64,000 nt of DNA. Origin: Vicugna vicugna. Its lineage: Eukaryota. Within the stretch, counting starts at the first letter, position 1. Each line of letters opens with the position of its first letter. Positions 54,706-64,000 of the stretch are shown here, piece after piece. The notes beneath the pieces are model-generated. The model did no database searches and was not told the origin of the DNA. It saw only the letters and a program-made list of their open reading frames with translations. Where the stretch lies: NCBI GenBank assembly GCA_013265495.1, contig MU058418.1, forward strand, positions 496,001-560,000, in the 5' to 3' direction. A program made the position numbers and the translations under genes.

Positions 54706-57367
54706 GTAAGAATAACATACTTACAACAAGTCTAGAATGTTACTTTAGCACAGTGAAAACAGTTTTTGAAAGGGTTTGTTCATTATTACATAATTTTTGA
54801 AGTATTATAGTTTTTCTGTATAGAGTTCTAAATGCTAATTCTGATATCACTTGAATATTAATTATAAGATCTCAAATTGCTTGCAAACCTTTTATATCTG
54901 ATTATAGAGCTTGGATGGCCCTGTCTTTATTAGCTTGTTCTGTGTAGTAGTTTATAAGCAGCCATTTGGAGAATGGCTAGTAAAGTGAAAAATATAGAAA
55001 AAGACAGTTGATATATGTAGCTTGGAAAGAAGAAACAACAATCCCACCCCATCCCTCCTCCTGCTTCCTAATTGTACACTATTTTAGGAGACAACATGGT
55101 AATATTTTGTTCTGCTAGGAAAGATAGCAGAGTTGACACGCAGTACTCCCTTTAGAATTCAAGTATTCCTACACTCTCTTGCCAAACTTAATCAGGCGCT
55201 TTCGTCTCTTCTATGTAGAAGAAGTCAAAGCAGCGACAGGATGCGGGGATGTTTCCAAGTCGTGAGAGAGAGGATCTCAGCTGTGACAGGGACTCTGTTC
55301 CAACGCAGGGTTAATTTGCTGTTCATTTTAGCATTTACAGCGAGACAAGATGAAAAGCGAGCAGGAATGCCTATTATATTTCTATTAAATGAATCTGTTG
55401 GGACCTAACGTTCTTGATTAGCTTTTGAAAACGAGTGCTCCGCAATGCATTTTCTGTTTACCTAAAGTAAACAGAGAATGAATTGTCATTTATTTAGAGA
55501 TTCAAACACGGCTTTTGAAAATGAAGCTTTATGAGGGATCTAGCTATGTTGTCCCTAAATGTTCTTTTCTTTTCAATTGCATTAAAGCAAAACATTTGCT
55601 CCAACTAAATGAAAACACTGAGAGAGACGGAGGATGCTCACTTGTTACATTTTGAGGTAGTCTCATTTCTGTTTAGTTTGTTGGTGGAACACAGTGCAAC
55701 CCTGCCAGTCTGCATTAGGAAATCCCACATGTAACAGTCTTTGGTCTTAGCTCTGATACCAACTGTTCATTAAAAACAGTGTCCAAAGAGCAGAAGAGAG
55801 ACAAATACAGCTCTTATCCATTCTAGCCACGGTAGCTAGATGTTGACAGTAAGAAACTCCTTTCCCCACACCATACTCTGCATGGTTACAACAGCACCAC
55901 AAATTCTCTGTGCTGTCCCTTGAGCAACTATTCTGCACGCAAATTCGCTGCTTCTAAGTGCAGTTTTATTTTTCCCGAAATTTTAACTCGCCTTATATTT
56001 TATCTTAGGGCTCGTTAATTTCCAGGCTTGCTAGCTTTACCTGTTTAGGATAAACCCCTTTCATGCATTTCCATTAATATTTCACTGCATAACTCTGGTT
56101 TTCCAGTAGAATACCATAGGGGCCACTTATGCTATGTTTTGATATCAAAATGCTTTTGGGAGTAGCTTACTTCTTTTTAGAGAAATTGTTAAAAGTAATA
56201 TGCCATATTTGATTTTTTTTTCTGTTTATTGGAAAAACGAATGTGCTTGGGTCTTGGCTGTGGTCAGTTTATACTGGAGAAAGTAAAACATATATGTGAA
56301 CATCCTTTCCAGATATCTTTAGAGAAAATATATGTTTAGTCATTGCTGTGCTTAAACACAATATTGTGTTGGCAGTAGTTTTGAGAGATTGGTACAATCT
56401 CTGTCCTTTTAGTTGCTGTTAGAAATGCTTAATTTTGGTCAGCATACTTTTTTGTGATAAAAGGGGGAAAAAGAATAAAACAAAAAAACAAGTCAGCTTA
56501 TTTCTCCAAGGAGAAAGGTAATTTTTCTTCTGCAAGAGAAGCGATGGTGTTTGGCTGGTTTTGAAACCCTGAGAAGTAATGCTTTTATAAGAAAGGCTGG
56601 TTCATTCTTAAGAGAGAAATAGGAAGTCCTTGGAGTTTTCTTAGTGCAGCTTAGAGCAAATTTAAAAGACTCCATGAGAGAAGATTGCAAGCCCCCTTCT
56701 TAGCCTAAGGGTAGGTCTACCATCTTGCACGGTTCGCCAGAGTGGGGGTGGGTTTGGAAAGTGAGGGTGCTCTTTGGGGGATGGGGATGGCCCTTGGGGG
56801 AGGGTATTGAGGGCACAGTTTACTTTCCAGGAACATATGGCTGCAAGGCTAACCCTCTGGGCCACGGGTGCTGTCGCAGAAAGTGCCCTGGCCAGGTTGA
56901 CCATGGCCTCTAACTATTACTGACTGTTGTCTCTGCCCTCCCCCCACATCCCCAGTCTCTGCTTCTTGGAAGAGGGAGGAATATTAAGTAACCTAAACAA
57001 AAGCAAAGTAGAATCGACGCCTAGAATACACAAGTATGTGTAGTCAGAAGGCACTGACAAAGACAGCCTTGGCTGATAGAAAAATCTGCTATGCAACTGT
57101 CGATTTCCTGTAGGTATTGATTTGCCCATTTAAATCCCAAGCTGTGATATGTGCCTTCACACTTAATGTACAACACAGATGACTAGATATTTAGCTTGGT
57201 GGCCAAGATTCTTTGGTTGGTGATTGTGCAGCAGCTTCCTTATGCTTTTTATTAATTTTGAAAATGCAAGGCTGACAAGATGAGTGACATTAGATACAAC
57301 TTGAGTATTATTTGATACATCACAGTTCAGCATGGCCCCACCTGCCTCTTCAAAGATAGGTGTGTAT

Positions 57368-57394
57368 ACACACACACACACACACACACACACA
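57368..57394. repeat. (AC)13 microsatellite
   Basis: Read directly; preceded by gtgtgtat, extending the alternating purine-pyrimidine tract. Confidence 0.95.
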
Positions 57395-58371
57395 TCCCCC
57401 AGGGTATTTTGCTGGCATATCTTAGTTTATGACAAAAGCAAATAACTTTCAGTAAAAGAGAACGTAGGAAATTCACATCACTTTAACAATACAGCAACAT
57501 GGCTTATGAGAGCCCAGAAGAGGGAACATTTAGAGCCAGCCACCATGACTAGCTCTTGTCCCAGATTCCAGCTCTGTTGCTGGTCCCTTTAGCATTATTG
57601 CCTCATTCTTTGGGACCAGAAGGCCTTCTCATTTCCCCTCTTAAAATGCTCCTTTGAATGTGGGAGTTGGATTAAGAGCCAGAGTGGGAGGAGGACCTTA
57701 AGCATACTAGGAGCTCATCCCTTCTCGTTAGCCAGTACTTGCTCAGTTCTTGAAAGCCAGCTGGGGTAAGACCTAGCAGAAATATAGCATAAGCTGGGTC
57801 CCTGGAAGGAGAAGACTTCTAGCTAAGAATGTTGACAGGGCTTGGGGAAGGAACTGAAGGCAGTTGAGCTTACTCCCCAGGTGTTCTTAGGACCAGTCCA
57901 GAGAACATCTCTGTATTTAGGAAGAAGGTCAAAATATAGTCAAAGATTAGCAGCAACCAGAATGGTGTATTTGGTTGGAAAGAAACCAGGTTTAGGAAGT
58001 CTGAAAGGGGAAACAAGAGAAAGGAAACTTGGGGAGAAAATCAGCCTGTCTTCCTTAGTTCCAGTCTGACTCCATTTGGCTTTTCCTTTAGGCTGTTGGG
58101 GCGGTGGGGTGCAAAGGAGCAGGGAGGGGTCCCTCAGCTGGAAGGCTAAATAAAAATAGCATGGCAGAAGTGTTCTTTCTGGACAGTTTTCATTGGACAA
58201 TGCCAGTGTGGGGAGAGGATGAAAACTATTTTAGTTTTGTGGCTTTGTGAATCGAGCTGGTGGAGAGGAGAGATGGGCTGATTTGTCCATCTCATTTCCT
58301 TGTGGAGGCAGCCGGGTGGGTTACAAGAGTTGGATATAGCCCTTAGGCAGAACTGCTCTGTATTAATGCAG

Positions 58372-59265
58372 TATTCAGTTAACAAGGTGTTATTGATTTA
58401 TTATTGTATTATTTAATTATTTAATTTTGCTGGGGGACAGGTAATTAGGTTTATTTATTGAGGTACTGGGGATTGAACCCAGGGCCTCAAGCTCTACCAC
58501 TTAAGCTATACCCTCCCCTCAATAAGATATTATTGAGCAACTTCTATGTACAAGGCATTGTACTAGACAATACTGATGGGGAACACAAATAGACAAAGAC
58601 ACACTCGCTTCCCTGAAGGAGCTTACAGTTCAGTAGGAAGAACAGGCGTATGCAGCATTGTAGTCCGCAGGAATGGGGGGTCTCAGGTCTTCCTGAACGT
58701 TAGAATTTTGCCCCAGCCGGACTGTATACTGTAGCACTCTGGTGGTGTAGCTAAGGATCATAGGCACAAAGGCTTAAAATTTATGGTGACACATCTGGCA
58801 TCATATCACATTGGATCTTCATCTGTAAAACGCTAGAGGATACTGTAAGGATCTAAAGAGATGATGTATTTAAAGTACCTGGTAGATGGTAACATTCAGT
58901 ACATATTAGCTGCGATTATTATGATCCTTCTTATTTTCATGATTGTTATCATTACACAGTGAGCTGTGGCCCAGGAGAGCACCAAAGTTCTGGAGTACAA
59001 AGGAGGAATTGATTATTTCCATATGCAGTGATTAGAGACTTAACAAAGGGGGATACCTTTGAACTAGGCCTTCCACGGGTTGGATTTTGATAGTCAGAGC
59101 TGGGGTATAAGGGAAGGGGGCATTCCAAGCAGAGGGAGATAGCTCGAGCAGAGGCAAGGAGGTGGGAAAGTACAGGCCAGGTGACTCACACTTCAGTTGA
59201 CACCTAAGGTGGCTGGAGTGTAGGGGACCTGAAGGATACGGGGTGAGCAGGCAGCTCGGCCTATT
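58372..59265 (-). mobile_element. L2 LINE fragment interrupted by a vic-1-like SINE and a MIR-like piece (~58740-58920)
   Basis: tattgagcaacttctatgtacaaggcattgtactagac...ccctgaaggagcttacagttcagtagg; resumes after ~58950 with tttgaactaggcctt...gggcattccaagcagaggga...ggctggagtgtaggg. Confidence 0.75.
58397..58520 (-). mobile_element. tRNA-Ala-derived SINE (vic-1-like) lacking the anticodon arm, inserted into an L2
   Basis: Reverse complement ggggagggtatagcttaagtggtagagcttgaggccctgggttcaatccccagtacctcaataaataaacctaattacctgtccccc, with the tail motif I recall from camelid SINEs. Degenerate TSD aacaaggtgttattga (58381-58396) / aataagatattattga (58521-58536). Confidence 0.85.
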
Positions 59266-59364
59266 TGCAGAGGTCTAAATCCTCCTATCTAAAACCATCC
59301 TATCAAGCCTGGACTTTAGTAGTTCTACCTCATGAGCATTCCTAGTACTTCTATGGAGTAAAAA

Positions 59365-59545
59365 AAAATTATTATGGAAAGTTCCTCACACATACAGAAA
59401 TAGAGTAGAGAGTCGTGTAAGGAACCTCTGTGTATCTATCACCCAGCTTCAACAGTTATCAACTATTAATCTTGTGTCATCTATCCCTTTACCCTCTACC
59501 TACCCCATCCTTTTATTCTGCTGGAGTATTGTGAAGCAAATACTC
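59365..59545 (-). mobile_element. Ancient L1MC-type 3' end
   Basis: ttattatggaaagttcctcacacatacagaaatagagtagagag...tatcacccagcttcaacagttatcaac...ctggagtattgtgaagcaaat. Confidence 0.75.
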
Positions 59546-60651
59546 TTTTTGTTTGTTTGGGTTGTTTTTATTTTGGATTTTTTTGTTGTTGTTTTTGTTA
59601 AGACTAGCATACCACTTCTCTTGCTAGAAAGAATCCTTTGAGACTGATTAAATTGGGAACTGGAGCTTTGGGACTATGTACCCATAAAACAAATGACTCT
59701 TGGTTATGCAGTGTGCTCTTCCCTCCCTGCTCAGCACAACCTTATAAGGCTTGGACGATCAGATGGAGTTTGAAGAACCCTTATGGTGAAAGACACACCA
59801 CAATGCTAGTGATGACTTGAGTCTGCTTTATTCTCAGGCCTCTGCTTCTAAATGTATTTATTTAAAAACAAGATCAGATTTCATTTCAAGCCAGCCCATC
59901 TCACCAGTACGTGTTGGCCTCATCACAGCAGTGAGGGGGATTCTGACTTGCTGTCAGATATTAGCTGTTGCTAGGACTCTCCTGCTAGATCATGGAGACA
60001 TAATGGGAACCCCCAAAAGGTAATAGAAACAGCCCCGCTTCACTTTAAACTTGAAAGGCTTTCCAAAATAGGTATAAATGACCAAAGACCTCCCCGTAGC
60101 ACTGTTAGACTAGCAGAAAGCCAGATTCATGCCCCAGCTCAACTTGAATGACACTCTTTCTTTGATGCTACACTGAGCAGCCCAGGTACTGAGAATTAAA
60201 ATTCATGGTGACACACTTGGACTCCCATCACATCAAATAAAATATCATAAGACGTATGTGTTTGGGGTATGCTGTATACCAGTTTCCTGAAATAGTAATT
60301 GTAAAAGCCCCGAAGGTGTAAAAAAATCCCCAGGGCTGGGTTGCTGTCTAGAGAGAGTTGGCCTGTTCTACCCACCCTCTGGGTGCCTTAAGTCTGGAGC
60401 TATTCCTGTGTTCCCACAGTTTTCTGAACTTTTTTTTTTTTTTTTAGAAAAATAGAACTTTTGAGAAAGAAAAGGACTAACTTTAGACTAAGCAAGGGGT
60501 GGTTCCAATAGTGGTGGCAGCATTATGCTCTCCATCCAGACCATCTAGACTTTAACACAGGCAGAGGAATGTATTCCACCTGACCTTCCTATTTCACCTG
60601 CACATTTCTCTGCTTCCATCTGTGCAGTTGTTTCACCTTGCTTTCCATCTG

Positions 60652-60766
60652 GCTCTTCTCCTCTTCCTCCTCCACCTCCTCCTTCTCCTCCTCTTCCCCC
60701 CTCCCTTACCCCTCCTCTTTCCCCTCCCCCTCCCTCTCCCTTTCCTTCTCCTCCTCCTCCTTTTTT
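60652..60766. repeat. Polypyrimidine (CCT/CT-rich) low-complexity tract
   Basis: About 110 nt almost entirely C/T; explains the Gly/Glu-rich spurious ORF 60545-60871. Confidence 0.92.
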
Positions 60767-61229
60767 AAGGCTTTTGGCTCCCATTGCTGCCATGGTCTCA
60801 TGATTTAGAGCCTCTTTCTTCTCCTGTACAAAGACCCTCTCCCAAAAACACCATCTCCTCTTGCCTCCCACCCTGCAAACCCTATTTTAACTGTCTCTTT
60901 TCACCTTCCTTTTTTGGGGGAGAAACTATCTGTGGGAAGGCTAGAGTTCCCCAGCTTCTGCTCTGGTATAGAGACTTTTCTTGGGATTAGATTTGATCAG
61001 AGACCCTTGGTCCCCTGCAAGCTCCCCTTTCCAAGGCATGGAGACCTTTGTCTTTCCCGTTCCTGGGCCATTGGGCAAAAAGGTCAGAGGTATATGGTCT
61101 GGTGTTCATCCTGGCTTCTCACACAGGGCATCACAGTGGTTCTTGGAGCCAGAGAGAGGTGTCGAAGACCATATGTTCTCCAAGGGAGATGCTGTGGTGT
61201 GATGGGTAGGAGTGGGTGTCCCAATCTCT

Positions 61230-61415
61230 GCTCTGCAGACACGCCAGTTGTGCAACCTGGGCAAATTTCTGGCCTGTCCTGAGCCTCAGCACCTTTATCA
61301 ATACAGTGAAGGTAAATAGATTACCTGCCTCAGGAGTAAATGAGATCGTGTATAGGAAGTAACTAGTATGCCTGACTCATAGTAAAAGGTAAATAAGTGG
61401 CACTCATATTACTAA
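61230..61415 (+). mobile_element. MIR fragment
   Basis: tgtgcaacctgggcaaatt...cctgagcctcagc...tacctgcctcagg...taaatgagat...tgcctgactcatagtaa. Confidence 0.72.
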
Positions 61416-61711
61416 TAAAATGGATCTGGAAGGTGGCATTAGTTTGAACAAAATCTTAAGGCAGATGCTTGGCATACCTGCCTTTATTGTCTGATTAGAG
61501 TCTCTTCCTAGTTGGGTTGGATAGAAGCCCATGCTTCATATTTTAACTTAGGACAAAAAACTGCAGAGAAACTCTAGAAAATCTACCCACTTGCCTATTT
61601 ATGCCGAGGGCACTAGAGATGCCTGTTGGCTGTATAGCAAATGTTGCTGATTTGTGAGGTACTGTGATGTTGGTGTACTGTTTCAAAGAATTTAAAACTT
61701 CCAAAAAATAG

Positions 61712-61990
61712 TATGGTGTTACAGTGCAGAGCCTGGATTCTTACACCTGGCAATTTGTTCGGATTCAGAAATCACCACTCCACCTACTGGCTTTGTGGCC
61801 TTAAGCAAGTCACTGATTATCTCTGTGTCCGTGTGTCTGTGTCTGTGTCTGTATCTTTGCCTGTAAAATGAGGACAGCAGTTGTATCTATGTGGTGGGGT
61901 TGGTGTGAGGTCTAAATAAATGATTACTCATAAGATGTTTAGAACAGTATTTGGCAAGTCGTTGGCACTCAATTGATGTTGTTGTAATTA
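61712..61990 (+). mobile_element. MIR SINE
   Basis: ctccacctactggctttgtggccttaagcaagtcactg...ctgtaaaatgaggacagcag...tgtgaggtctaaataaatga...ttagaacagtatttggca. Confidence 0.8.
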
Positions 61991-62389
61991 TGATTATTTC
62001 TTTTAAGATTGCTTACTTACTATCACATCGTAGAATACCACTGACCAAATTTTCAAGCAATAGATTATTTGAAAATCTTGAGTATATATATTTGTATGCA
62101 AAGGCCACAAAACTCCTCATGAGCAATGAGAGGGACAAGGTACATTATGCAGACAATTCTTAGAGTTTACTTTAAAAAAAAAAATATATATATATAACCA
62201 TCAAGGAAGACTCTACATGGTCCAAGACCCCATTGTCTTGCCCTACCATTTAATAGTAAAATTGTTAATATTGGAAACATGCAACTAAGAAAATAAATGC
62301 AAAGCAAAGGAAAAAAATATAATTTACACATGGAAATATCTGCAGTAGTAAATGGACGTGCCTCTGATAAACCTGTTAAAGGATGGCAA

Positions 62390-62625
62390 TGAGAAACCAT
62401 CCTTTGTGGGGTGTCTCCCTTGTGCCACTATGCTTGGTCTTTACAGACCCTTTTTATTAGACCCTACATGCTTTATAACTTCGCTAAGTGGATGTTGTTA
62501 TTTCCTCTTTACAGATGGGGAAATTAAAATTCAGGGATGTCACTTTCCTTGTCCTGGGAGAGGGGAGGGGATGCAGTGAGCAGGCACAGAGCCTAGATTT
62601 GACCCACATCTCTCTGACGTGTGCT
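62390..62625 (-). mobile_element. MIR fragment
   Basis: gttatttcctctttacagatggggaaattaaaattcagggatgtcactttcct...gagcctagatttgaccca. Confidence 0.72.
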
Positions 62626-63866
62626 CAGGCCAAGACACACTGCCAGACTTCTCAAGGTAGGGACCAGGTCTGATACATGCTTCCATCCCAGGGCGAGAGG
62701 AGGGGTTCAATCTATGTTTGTGGGATGAAGGAATTAAACAGTTACTCCAGAATCGCTCTTTCCAGCTTCTTTATGATAACAATTCTTTCGTAGAACTCTG
62801 AAGCCAGAAAAAACATCTATGGGAATGTTCAGAAGGGGAGTTTATTCAGAAAGGCATGTCAGTGTTTGAGAATTTCCAGTAACTACTAAATTGTAGGGAA
62901 AGGAAACAAAGTATATGTTTTTTAATTTGGTAGACTATAGAAAATATATTTTTCAATGCATTTGAGTGGGTTTTAAAAATCTGACAGCACTAGCTGATAT
63001 ATGATGTGCTAAATCTTATTTTGAAGATTTTTATTCTTTTTATGATTCAGTAAGTCTGTTTTCAAAAGGCTTGGCCTCTTTTGATTTGGTGGGGGTTGTA
63101 TTCCTCGGGGTGAACTGATCTATTTCCTTCAAGACTTCTGGCCATCAAGTAGCATGCTGGAGTTAGGTGTCAGCGACATTTTCCCTCATCGTTTTTATTG
63201 CTAGAACTGAACAATTACCTAAAATACCAGAGAGAATTCACCTCTGATGGCTTGACAGGAACTCTAGGTCATTTATCAAGGAAAACCAGAAAATCAGAGA
63301 GGATATCAATTATCAATATAAAAGTGCACAAGAAACCAGCCCAAACTAACATTAATCATATTTAGTCATATGCTTGGATTATGGCTAGAAGAACAAGCTA
63401 ACAAAAGTCTCTTGGGAGAAAAAGGGAAAGGATATAAAAAATATTTAGAGTTGAGAAGAATGACACATGTGAGTAATAAAGGAGGCAAGAAATTGGGATG
63501 GGGATGTGGAAAGGATGGGGGACTGGTGAGAAGGAATTTTAAAACAGAAGAAGAAACTTAGGAGCCCATGATTAAGCTGCAAATGTGCAGATTCAGGCAA
63601 ATGAGGTCTTCGAAGTAATGTATTTTCTCACTGCATTTGGCTTGAAGTGTCTTATGTAATTGTGCTTTTTTGTGCACTTATTACTCTTCTGGTTTGAAGC
63701 ATCAGGCTTTCCTGGAGGGCTCTCTCCTCAGCTTCTCCTCCCTGGCCACACACAACCAGTTGAGACATCCTCTTTTAATTCCAGATGAGGCGCCCCTGGA
63801 GAGAGCTCTGTGAGACAAGACCTTTGTCGTTCCTCACTGTACCCCTGAGAACCGTGCTTGCCCACT

Positions 63867-64000
63867 CCATGTTTTATAGATTCTAAGGCACACTTTCCCC
63901 CACTGACATCTTAACATCTCAGAAATGGGATTGAATATTACAATTGATGACCTGTCAGTTTTAAATTGGCAATGTTTTCCCCTAGTGGTATGAAATAATA
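63867..64000 (+). mobile_element. MER104/Kanga-like Tc1/mariner MITE, truncated by the window end
   Basis: ccatgttttatagattctaaggcacacttt...catcttaacatctcagaaatggga...ttacaattgatg; similar to the reverse complement of the 21310-21498 element. Confidence 0.65.

Noticed and set aside
60545..60871. Gly/Glu-rich protein ORF
   Set aside because: Translation of a low-complexity purine tract.
1688..63561. All ORFs of the supplied six-frame track as genes
   Set aside because: Short (60-143 aa), many with non-ATG starts, no recognisable domains, many overlapping repeats; expected by chance in intronic DNA. The real exons are not in the track.
1..64000. CRISPR arrays, operons, prokaryotic defence systems, rRNA or snRNA genes
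   Set aside because: The sequence is mammalian intron; no regularly spaced repeat-spacer array, gene-dense region or recognisable structural RNA gene was seen.

Overview
Mammalian genomic DNA, most likely a camelid. Three tRNA-Ala-derived SINEs resemble vic-1, and I recognised no Alu, B1/B2, BovB/Bov-tA or PRE1 elements. The whole window lies inside the SOBP gene (sine oculis-binding protein homolog, + strand). Only two coding exons are present: 4750-4901 (152 nt, first FCS-type zinc finger) and 54610-54705 (96 nt, linker before the second finger), separated by a 49,708-nt intron. Neither exon appears in the supplied ORF track, whose ORFs look like chance ORFs. The rest is intronic: ancient MIR, L2, MaLR and DNA-transposon relics, a few young SINEs, microsatellites, an apparently perfect 738-bp tandem duplication (31277-32752), and several repeat-free blocks with dense developmental transcription-factor motifs (candidate enhancers). 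I see no convincing previously undescribed biological system. The best leads are the duplication, the enhancer-like motif clusters and the splice-site architecture. Repeat family names and boundaries come from recall of consensus sequences and are approximate.
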